A stretch of 64,000 nt of DNA, taken from the NCBI GenBank assembly GCA_039714115.1, contig JBDLJY010000001.1, forward strand, positions 1,749 through 65,748, written 5' to 3'. The position numbers and the translations under genes were made by a program. Positions 39,164 through 46,968 of this stretch are shown here, piece by piece (the first letter of the stretch is position 1; the number at the start of each line of letters is the position of its first letter). The notes below the pieces were generated by a model. The model ran no database searches. It was not told the origin of the DNA and worked only from the letters and a program-made list of their open reading frames with translations. The DNA comes from Pseudomonadota bacterium (lineage in GTDB: Bacteria; Pseudomonadota; Gammaproteobacteria; Beggiatoales; Beggiatoaceae).

Positions 39164-39218
39164 GTAGGGTGCGTCCTACGCACCTTTTGAGCGTCATGGT
39201 GCGTAGGACGCACCCTAC
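39164..39218. repeat. Palindromic REP GTAGGGTGCGTCCTACGCACC ... GGTGCGTAGGACGCACCCTAC
   Basis: Read directly. Its right edge is the target of the MITE at 39224. Confidence 0.85.
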
Positions 39219-39223
39219 AACAC

Positions 39224-39481
39224 AATGCCATTAAGTTAAGCAGCTTTATACCATAAGGGATTCAGTTGTGTGGAGCTTAAGGAGCGGAGCGGATTGAACG
39301 TCGCAAAAGCCTGTCCCTCGCGCTAGCGAGGGATCTTCGAGACTACTTCGTTGCCCGAAACCATCGACTGAAAGTTCCCTACGGGAGGAAATCCGCTCCG
39401 CTCCTTAAGCTCGAAACAACCCGTCCTGCACAGATTTTTTGATTTAAAAATAAATCAGTTATCCTTAACTTAATGGCATTG
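39224..39481. mobile_element. MITE with AATGCCATTAAGTTAAG terminal inverted repeats and an internal GGAGCGGAGCGG palindromic core
   Basis: TIRs at both ends, flanked by the direct repeat CCCTACAACAC (39213-39223 and 39483-39493). Confidence 0.85.
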
Positions 39482-39522
39482 ACCCTACAACACCCATCAA
39501 TTTAACATTGACAGAGTACTAG

Positions 39523-40520
39523 TTAAGTATAAGGATAAGTTTCTGACTCGTAGTAAGACTTTCCTGCGAGAGGGTTTTGATAAGGGCTGGTTTTGACCAT
39601 GCCATACCAATGTATGCTTTGATTATCAGCAATAAAGTCCGATGACTTTCTTTCGGTTTTTGTGAAATATTTCCCTTTTACCCAGCCTGAGCCCTTATTT
39701 GGGTGTCTGCGTTTGGACCATTTCCACAATTTTTCCCATAGCCAATAATCTAGCTTAGAGAATGTCTCACGGGATGTGACATGTTGGTATTCATGAGTCC
39801 ATGCTCTGATAATCGGGTTTAGTCTTCTAATAAGGGCTTCTTGTGGCGCCGCTTTCATTTTGTCGAAAACTTCCCGTATAGCGTCCCGGTGTTTCTTTAT
39901 GGCACTTGCTGATGGTCTTATATTTAGGAATTCTTTTTGCTTATATTTAGGAATTCTTTTTGGTATTTGCCCTGCGAGATGAGTTGCCTCTTGTAGTGAG
40001 CATTAATCCTTCTCTCCGCGTAGAATTGGATATTGTAAGTCAGAAAATCAAAGCCTTCTGTTGATTGTACCACTTGAGTATTGACTTCTGTTAACCCCCT
40101 GTCACCTAACCATTTTTTGAGCAGTTCTTGGCATTGTAAGATTATCTGGTTATCCTCATGAATAACGAGAATGTCACAGCTGTATCGAATCACTTTTAAG
40201 GTGCTGGCATCGGAAAATCCTGTTTCGATTTCTGCTTTCAAATATCTTTCCATGCCATCCAACACTATGTTGGCTATTAGTGGACTGATTATTCCATATT
40301 GCGGGGTGGTTGTTGGATCTAAGTGCCGGTCATCCATATAACCCGCCTTATAAATCCGCTTTTGGAGATTGAAGACTAGCCATTCAATTCTTCTCCAATC
40401 GTCGTCGGAGAGGGTATTCAAATCATTCTGAAATTCTGTCTGCACTTCGTTGGGTTCCAGTTGGCACAAAGCAAGCTTTTCGCTTGAATAAAAAAAACTT
40501 ATGGGATATTTGGAGTCCAA
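39523..40520 (-). pseudogene. Degenerate group II intron-encoded RT/maturase gene
   Basis: Two ORF fragments. The upstream one has LQKRIYKA joined directly to ..QYGIISPLIANIVLDGMERYL and YSCDILVI in place of YADD. The downstream one has the maturase motif RRLNPIIRAWTHEYQH. A 23-bp tandem duplication at 39917-39962 breaks the frame, and no domain V lies downstream. Confidence 0.8.
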
Positions 40521-40534
40521 GATTTATCTTGGAC
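40512..40534. repeat. REP unit GGAGTCCAAGATTTATCTTGGAC
   Basis: Read directly. Confidence 0.9.
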
Positions 40535-40656
40535 GATCCTAAGGAGAAATTATTTTCTCAGGCATTGATTGATCTGGTAACAATCTCTCAAATGCCACCC
40601 CAGATGATCTATAATTACCGCTCCAACATCACAAACAGTAAACCTTATTATTAATT

Positions 40657-43600
40657 ATGCAATACGCAGAACTCATTCACTTTGAAAATTTAGAGCCTGT
40701 TATCCAGCTCCGCCATGCTGATCTGTCGGCTAAGGTAAAACGCTTAATAACAACCTATGTCATTTCAGAAGAAATGGCTGCAAAATTGATTCATTCTGTC
40801 TTTGAACAACTCAGTTTTGATCATAAGACGGATAAAAAAGGTTTGTTTATCGTGGGCAATTATGGCACCGGTAAATCGCATCTCATGGCTGTCATTTCGA
40901 GTATCGCAGAAAATGCTGATTTATTGGAATATTTAAGCCATCAACAAGTTGCTAAAGCCGCCAAACCTAGCATTGCTGGCAAATTCCATGTTATACGTGT
41001 GGAAATGAGTGCCGTTGAACGTTCTCTACGCGATTGTCTCACGGCTGAAATTGAGGCTTATCTTGGTAGCATCAATGTCAGTTTCCATTTTCCGCCGGCT
41101 AACCAAATTACTAATAATAAGGGTGCATTTGAAAAGATGATGGCTGCTTTTGAGGCGCATTGTCCAGGGCAAGGTTTGTTGATCGTCGTTGATGAGTTAT
41201 TGGAGTTTTTAAGTAGTCGAAAAGATCGAGAACTCATTCTCGACTTGAGCTTTCTCCGCGAAATCGGCGAAGTTTGTCAAGATTTACGCTTTCGCTTTAT
41301 CGCTGGTTTACAGGAGACTGTTTTTGATAATCCGCGCTTTAAATTTGCCGCTAATGAGTTGCGTCGCGTTAAAGATCGTTTTGAACAGGTGCTGATTACG
41401 CGCAAAGATATTAAATTTGTCGTAGCTGAGCGGCTGCTGAAAAAAAATGCTCAACAAAAGGATAAAATCCGCGCCTATTTGCAGCCCTTTGCTAAATTTT
41501 ACGGCTCTATGAATGAGCGCTTGGATGAGTTTGTCGAACTTTTTCCGGTACATCCTGACTATATTGAGATTTTTGAGCGGATTATCGCTGTCGAACAGCG
41601 CGAAATCTTGAAAACCTTAGAACGCGCTATGCAAACTTTGCTGGTTCAACAGGTGCCCGCTACTTATCCCAATTTGCTCGCCTATGATAGTTATTGGAAT
41701 ACTCTCCGCGAAAATTTCTCCTTTCGTGCCACCGACGAGATTCGAGAAGTCATTAATTGTAGCCAAGTTTTAGAAGATCGCATCGCCAGCGCTTTCACGC
41801 GCCCGAATTATAGGGCAATGGCATTGCGGATTATTCACGCCCTCTCTGTGCATCGGCTCACCACACCTGATTTTTATACCCCCGTCGGTGTCACTGCGCG
41901 GGAACTTTTGGACAATTTATGTTTGTATCAGCCGGGTATTGAGGATTTAGGTAATCCCGCTGATGATTTGCTGTCTCAAGTTGAATTAGTTTTGCATGAG
42001 ATTTTAAAAACGGTTAATCGGCAATTTATTTCTGCAAATCCGCATAATGGGCAGTATTATCTTGATCTTAAAAAGACGGAGGATTTTGATGCTATTATCG
42101 AAAACCGCGCAGAAATTGTTGAGGATAACGAACTTGATCGTTATTATTATGTGGCACTCAGGCAGGTGATGGAACTCACAGACGAGCCTTATGTGGGGAA
42201 TTTTCTTATCTGGCAACATGAACTAGAATGGCTTAGCCATAAAGTCACTCGCCAAGGCTATTTGTTTTTTGGTACGCCCAATGAGCGGGCTACGGCGGTG
42301 CCGTCACGGGATTTTTATCTCTATTTGTTACAGCCTTATGATCCGCCTAAATATAAGAAAAATGCGTCTACGGCGGATGAAGTCTTTTTTCGCCTCATAG
42401 AAAAAGATGATGATTTTGTGCAAAGCTTACGCAATTTTACTGCCGCTTCTATTTTAGTCTTGAATTCTTCGGGACATCCGAAGTCGGTGTATGATTCTAA
42501 GGCTAAGCTTTATCTCAATCAGTTAGTGGCATGGCTACAAGCGCATCTCACGGATGCTTTTGAAGTCACTTATCAAAACCGCACAAAGCCTTTGTTAGAT
42601 TGGACAAAGGGTAAAAATGTCCGCGAAATGGCTGGGCTTGGCACGGATGCGCGTTTCAATTTTCGTGAATTGATAGAATTGGTGGCAAGCATTTGTTTGG
42701 AAAGTTATTTTTCTGATAATGCTCCTGAGTATCCAGTTTTTACGACGCTGATCACTGGCGAAAACTTGAGCCAAGCTGCTCAAGATGCTTTGCGTGGTAT
42801 CGCTAGCAAAAAACGTTCTAAACAAGCTAATAGTATTTTAGATGCTTTGCAATTATTGGAGGGAGAAGATTTCAAACCGTTAAAGGCGCAATATGCTACT
42901 GATATTCTCAATTTGCTGCATAAAAAACCGCAAGGGCAAGTGCTGAATCGGGGTGAATTGCTCCCCGAATATTATTTTGCTCCTGAAAAGTACCGCCTTG
43001 AGCCAGAATTTGTCATCGTCTTGGTGGCTGCTCTTGTTTTTGCTGGAGAAGTGGTACTCGCTTTACCGGGGCAAAAGTTGGATGCTTCAAATTTTGCGCG
43101 ACTCGCTGAAACGCCGATTAAGGATTTATTGGCTTTTAAACACATCGAGCGTCCTAAGGATTTTAATGTGCCGGCGTTAAAAGCTTTATTTGAGCTGTTA
43201 GGTTTACCCAGCGAATTGGCGATTAGTCTGACACAAAATGATGATGGGGCGGTGCATCAATTACGCAGTCAAGTTAATAAGCGCTTAGAAAGCTTAGTCA
43301 AAGCCTTGGATGAGTTAGTCAATGGCATTATATTTTGGGGGAAAGCGGTGCTGACTGAGGCGGATATCGAAATTTATCGAGGGCGGCTGTCAGAGTGTAA
43401 ACATTTTTTAGAAACGTTGCACTCTTATGCTACGCCTGCTCATTTCAAAAATTTTCGCTATACGGCTGAGGAAGTCTCGGCACAATTGGGGGGGGTTGAG
43501 ACTTTAGATGAAATCAGTCAGTTGCAGAGCATCCTCCAAGATTTGAATACGGCGACGGCTTTTTTGATGACGGCGGAAGTGGTGTTACCGCCAGATCATG

Positions 43601-44373
43601 TTTGGGTTGTTGAGATGAAAAAGGTGCGTGATAGTCTGTTGCCGCGCTTGATGGATAAGACGCAACGGGCGAGTAGTGGTTTTAGTTACCACACGCAACA
43701 AGAATTGGGTGCTTTACAAAAAGACTATCGGCAAATTTATCTTGATTTACACCAAGAGGCGAAATTAGGGGCGACTGAGAGTGAGGAGAAAAAACAGTTG
43801 TTGCAGGATGCTCGCTTGGCTCAGTTGAAAAATTTGGCTAAAATTGATTTGATGCCTCGACAACAATTGGAGGATTGGGAGGCGCGTCTGAATCAATTGG
43901 CGAGTTGTTTTGATTTGAATGAGTATGATTTATTTGTTCATGCGTTTTGTCCGCATTGCGAATTTAAGCCGTCTTCAGAATTGCAAGAGCCGGCTGCTGA
44001 TAAGCTGGCGGAGTTCAGCGAGAGCTTGGAACAATTCTATGGTGCTTGGACACAAATATTGTTGACGGAGTTAAAAGGGGTTGCTGATTCGGAACAATGG
44101 GGTTTACTCCAGGCGAAAAACCGCCGTTTGTTGGATAAATTTTTGAGTGAGAAAGTGCTGCCGGAGGAGATTAGTTTGGAATTTCTGGAGGCGGTGCGAG
44201 AGGCTTTGACGGGTTTGGAAAAGGTATGCTTTAATTTCAATGATTTGCAAAGTGCCATCGCGAGGGGTGGCTTTCCGGTGACGCTGCTAGAATTGCAGGT
44301 GCGGATTGAGCGCTATTTGCGGAAAATCACGAAGGATAAAGATGGGCATAATGTTCGGATTGTTTTAGAGTAA
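40657..44373 (+). CDS. Large (1238 aa) P-loop NTPase of unknown function, possibly DUF6079-like / BREX-type large ATPase class
   Basis: Walker A GNYGTGKSHLMAV and Walker B LLIVVDELLEFL in the N-terminal ~250 aa, followed by a long helical remainder and CPHCEF near the C-terminus. The family assignment is from memory only. Confidence 0.85.
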   Translation: MQYAELIHFENLEPVIQLRHADLSAKVKRLITTYVISEEMAAKLIHSVFEQLSFDHKTDKKGLFIVGNYGTGKSHLMAVISSIAENADLLEYLSHQQVAKAAKPSIAGKFHVIRVEMSAVERSLRDCLTAEIEAYLGSINVSFHFPPANQITNNKGAFEKMMAAFEAHCPGQGLLIVVDELLEFLSSRKDRELILDLSFLREIGEVCQDLRFRFIAGLQETVFDNPRFKFAANELRRVKDRFEQVLITRKDIKFVVAERLLKKNAQQKDKIRAYLQPFAKFYGSMNERLDEFVELFPVHPDYIEIFERIIAVEQREILKTLERAMQTLLVQQVPATYPNLLAYDSYWNTLRENFSFRATDEIREVINCSQVLEDRIASAFTRPNYRAMALRIIHALSVHRLTTPDFYTPVGVTARELLDNLCLYQPGIEDLGNPADDLLSQVELVLHEILKTVNRQFISANPHNGQYYLDLKKTEDFDAIIENRAEIVEDNELDRYYYVALRQVMELTDEPYVGNFLIWQHELEWLSHKVTRQGYLFFGTPNERATAVPSRDFYLYLLQPYDPPKYKKNASTADEVFFRLIEKDDDFVQSLRNFTAASILVLNSSGHPKSVYDSKAKLYLNQLVAWLQAHLTDAFEVTYQNRTKPLLDWTKGKNVREMAGLGTDARFNFRELIELVASICLESYFSDNAPEYPVFTTLITGENLSQAAQDALRGIASKKRSKQANSILDALQLLEGEDFKPLKAQYATDILNLLHKKPQGQVLNRGELLPEYYFAPEKYRLEPEFVIVLVAALVFAGEVVLALPGQKLDASNFARLAETPIKDLLAFKHIERPKDFNVPALKALFELLGLPSELAISLTQNDDGAVHQLRSQVNKRLESLVKALDELVNGIIFWGKAVLTEADIEIYRGRLSECKHFLETLHSYATPAHFKNFRYTAEEVSAQLGGVETLDEISQLQSILQDLNTATAFLMTAEVVLPPDHVWVVEMKKVRDSLLPRLMDKTQRASSGFSYHTQQELGALQKDYRQIYLDLHQEAKLGATESEEKKQLLQDARLAQLKNLAKIDLMPRQQLEDWEARLNQLASCFDLNEYDLFVHAFCPHCEFKPSSELQEPAADKLAEFSESLEQFYGAWTQILLTELKGVADSEQWGLLQAKNRRLLDKFLSEKVLPEEISLEFLEAVREALTGLEKVCFNFNDLQSAIARGGFPVTLLELQVRIERYLRKITKDKDGHNVRIVLE

Positions 44374-44380
44374 CGGCTTT

Positions 44381-44412
44381 GGAGTGCCCGCCCAAGATAA
44401 ATCTTGGACTCC
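44381..44412. repeat. REP-like unit directly after the NTPase gene
   Basis: GGAGTGCCCGCCCAAGATAAATCTTGGACTCC. Confidence 0.85.
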
Positions 44413-44432
44413 TACTTGTTTAGGAGTGTTCC

Positions 44433-44466
44433 AAAAAATCCGATTTTTTCAAAAAATCGGATTTTT
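44433..44466. repeat. Palindrome AAAAAATCCGATTTTTT-C-AAAAAATCGGATTTTT (bidirectional terminator-like)
   Basis: Read directly. The same motif occurs twice inside the MITE at 54495-54707. Confidence 0.85.
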
Positions 44467-44474
44467 CACGACTG

Positions 44475-44585
44475 CTATGGGGATTTCCGCCCTCCTGCAC
44501 TAGAAAGTGAATAAACGACTAATCCGACGAAAACGACGATATTTACAGCTATGACAAGTGCGGGTACAAACAATAATTCTGACAT
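44475..44585 (-). CDS. Small hydrophobic peptide, 36 aa (paralog 1)
   Basis: MSELLFVPALVIAVNIVVFVGLVVYSLSSAGGRKSP. GAGGAA SD 6 nt upstream. Shares the core P-A-x-x-I-A-V-N-I-x-x-x-V-G-x-V-V-Y-S-L-S/T-S with the two paralogs. Below the ORF-track cutoff. Confidence 0.55.
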   Translation of the reverse strand: MSELLFVPALVIAVNIVVFVGLVVYSLSSAGGRKSP

Positions 44586-44620
44586 GATTCGTTCCTCAAA
44601 ATGATGAAAATTAATGCAAA

Positions 44621-44660
44621 CCAAAAAGCTCGCCGCTCAAAACTTCGAGAGAGCGACGGC
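44621..44660 (-). terminator. Hairpin plus T5 downstream of peptide gene 2
   Basis: Minus strand GCCGTCGCTC-loop-GAGCGGCGAGC-TTTTTGG (imperfect stem). Confidence 0.5.
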
Positions 44661-44666
44661 TAATAA

Positions 44667-44828
44667 TCAAACGGCCTTACCTTCAGTATGGTAAAAACTT
44701 TCTCTTATCCCACTAGTAAGTGAGTAAACAACGATACCAACGAGAGCGAGAATGTTTACAGCTATGATAACTGCGGGAGCAAATATGACACCCAAGACAA
44801 CTAGAGGAACTAATAGTGCTTTTAACAT
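44667..44828 (-). CDS. Small hydrophobic peptide, 53 aa (paralog 2)
   Basis: MLKALLVPLVVLGVIFAPAVIIAVNILALVGIVVYSLTSGIRESFYHTEGKAV. AGGAGA SD upstream. Confidence 0.6.
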   Translation of the reverse strand: MLKALLVPLVVLGVIFAPAVIIAVNILALVGIVVYSLTSGIRESFYHTEGKAV

Positions 44829-44953
44829 GATTCAATTCTCCTAATGAATGAAAATAATAAAACTCCAATCGCAATATAATTATATTATTATTTTATAATA
44901 TACTAATATACAAAATGACTAACTATCGGACATTGGAACAGAGATATCTTAAA

Positions 44954-44987
44954 GCCCGCAGATCAAAACATCGAGATATCTGCGGGG
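44954..44987 (-). terminator. Hairpin downstream of peptide gene 3
   Basis: Minus strand CCCCGCAGAT-loop-ATCTGCGGGC followed by TTTAA (weak T-run). Confidence 0.4.
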
Positions 44988-45010
44988 TTGTGGCAAACAC
45001 ATCATATTGT

Positions 45011-45181
45011 TTAGACTGCCTTACCCTCCGTATGGTAAAAATGACCAAAACTTTCTCTTATCCCACTAGAAAGTGAGTAAACAACGATACCAACGAGAGC
45101 GAGAATGTTTACAGCTATGATAACTGCGGGAGCAAATATGACACCTAAAACAACTAGAGGAACTAATAGTACTTTTAACAT
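45011..45181 (-). CDS. Small hydrophobic peptide, 56 aa (paralog 3)
   Basis: MLKVLLVPLVVLGVIFAPAVIIAVNILALVGIVVYSLSSGIRESFGHFYHTEGKAV. GAGGA SD upstream. Nearly identical to paralog 2. Confidence 0.6.
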   Translation of the reverse strand: MLKVLLVPLVVLGVIFAPAVIIAVNILALVGIVVYSLSSGIRESFGHFYHTEGKAV

Positions 45182-45275
45182 GACTCAATCCTCATAAAAT
45201 GATGAAAGTTAATGCAAACTTTATGCCAAAAAGCCCTTGGGGCACACCCAGCCTTGTTGGCGTAAATAACATTAC

Positions 45276-45776
45276 AATATTATAAACTAACAATATTATT
45301 AGTTGCTGATACTTAATCCACAGGCTGTCAGACAGTCGGAGCTGGGAAATGATTGTGTCCATCGCCAGCCCATAAGCAAAACTAAAAAAAAAAAGACTAA
45401 TATTCAAATAGCCATGCTCAGATTATGGACATAGATAATAATATTGTCAAGCTTTTTGTGGAATTTTTGGGCTAAAAACGTATTAACTACTTGAAAAAAA
45501 AACATTTTTTTTTTACAGTTGTTTTTAGTTACAACTGATAACTGATAACTGATAACACGCTACCACAAAATGATACAGTGGCAGATTATATGCCTAAAAT
45601 CAAATTTAACAAGGCAAACAAAGTAAAAAAACGTGATTTCTTACTTTGTTGAAAGCAGTATCAAGTAATAAACTCACACAGTTATATAGGAATCAGACGA
45701 ATGGTCGTTTATATCCGACAAACGGTTCTAGACCTAAAAAAAAGGGACAAGTCTAATAAATAATCGCTTACAATAT
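45276..45776. repeat. Mosaic repeat, full copy A (~0.5 kb)
   Basis: Aligns along its length with 46084-46568. Contains an A11 tract (45383-45393) and 3 CTGATAA heptamers (45535-45555). Confidence 0.9.
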
Positions 45777-46083
45777 ATTATATAGCCATATACTAACTAA
45801 ATGACTAACTATCTGACATTGGAACGGAGCTATTTTAAAGCTCGCAGATCAAAACATCTCCAGACCATAAGCAAAACTAAAAAAAAAAGACTAATAATAA
45901 AATAGCCATGCTCATAGTATTGACATAGACAATAATATTGTCAAGTTTTTTTTGGTTAAAAACATATTAACTACTTGAAAAAACACAGTTTTTTAAGTAA
46001 CAAAAAAACATTCTACAACTAATAACTCATAACTGATAACACGCAACCACAAAATGATACCGTCAATTGATAGACATGTTTAG
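45777..46083. repeat. Mosaic repeat, partial/recombinant copy B
   Basis: It starts with a segment matching 44922-44990 (AAATGACTAACTATC.GACATTGGAAC.GAG) and continues into the CATAAGCAAAACTA-A10-GACTAAT part of the repeat. Its heptamers are degenerate (46016-46040). Confidence 0.8.
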
Positions 46084-46568
46084 AATATTATAAACTAATA
46101 ATGTTATTAGTTGCTGATACTTAATCCACAGATTGTCAGCCAGTCGGAGCTGGGAAATGATTGTGTCCATCGCCAGCCCATAAGCAAAACTAAAAAAAAA
46201 GACTAATATTCAAATAGCCATGCTCAGATTATGGACATAGATAATAATATTGTCAAGCTTTTTGTGGAAATTTTTGGCTAAAAACCTATTAACTACTTGA
46301 AAAAAAAACATTTTATTTTTAATTGTTTTTTTTTTGTTACAACTGATAACTGATAACACGCAACCACAAAATGATACAGTGGCAGATTATATGCCTAAAA
46401 CCAAATTTAACAAGGCAAACAAAGTAAAAAAACGTGATTTGCTGAAAGCAATATCAACTAATAAACCCTCACAGTTAGATAGAAATCAGACGAATGGTCG
46501 TTTATATCCGACAAACGGTTCTAGACCTAAAAAAAGGGACAAGTCTAATAAATAATCGCTTACAATAT
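46084..46568. repeat. Mosaic repeat, full copy C
   Basis: As copy A, but with an A9 tract (46192-46200) and 2 heptamers (46342-46356). Confidence 0.9.
46391..46555 (+). CDS. Possible 54-aa lysine/arginine-rich small protein encoded in repeat copy C
   Basis: MPKTKFNKANKVKKRDLLKAISTNKPSQLDRNQTNGRLYPTNGSRPKKRDKSNK. The copy-A homolog is frameshifted by an 8-nt insertion. No clear SD. Confidence 0.3.
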   Translation: MPKTKFNKANKVKKRDLLKAISTNKPSQLDRNQTNGRLYPTNGSRPKKRDKSNK

Positions 46569-46712
46569 GGGACGCTGAAATCTCGACGAGAGCCCAAACA
46601 AACATACTACTAATAAAAATATTTTTTCCGATACTTGCATAATATTTCTCCGTTAATTAGAATGGCTTCCCGTGTTTGTCGCCCTTTAACCCTTAAATAG
46701 GAGGCAACCAAA

Positions 46713-46958
46713 ATGGCGGGCAAAATCAAAAAAATGATTGATACAATCATTGAACAAAGATCAAAGGGAAGTGGTATCATCGCCGGCACAATCAAAGTTA
46801 AATTAATTTTGAAAGGAATCAATCCTGATAACTTTAATCATCAATCCAATGATAACCCATTGATTATCAATCAACTCGACAAATTTGCCAAAGATTTTGG
46901 GGTGGATTTCGGTAGTAGCTTGTCAGAGAATGAAAAACGCTTTTCGATTTGGACTTAG
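46713..46958 (+). CDS. Hypothetical 81-aa protein
   Basis: AGGAGG SD upstream of the ATG. No family recognised. It ends 10 nt before the FIST gene start. Confidence 0.5.
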   Translation: MAGKIKKMIDTIIEQRSKGSGIIAGTIKVKLILKGINPDNFNHQSNDNPLIINQLDKFAKDFGVDFGSSLSENEKRFSIWT

Positions 46959-46968
46959 GAGAAAATCA

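Noticed and set aside
40657-44373. Complete BREX system
   Set aside because: Only the large NTPase is present. No PglX methyltransferase, PglZ, BrxA/B or BrxL genes occur within the window.
45192-45407. 71-aa hydrophobic minus-strand ORF just upstream of peptide gene 3
   Set aside because: Its 5' part contains the A/T homopolymer that is 11, 10 and 9 nt long in the three repeat copies, so the frame is not conserved in the other copies. It is kept only as a remote possibility of a phase-variable ORF.
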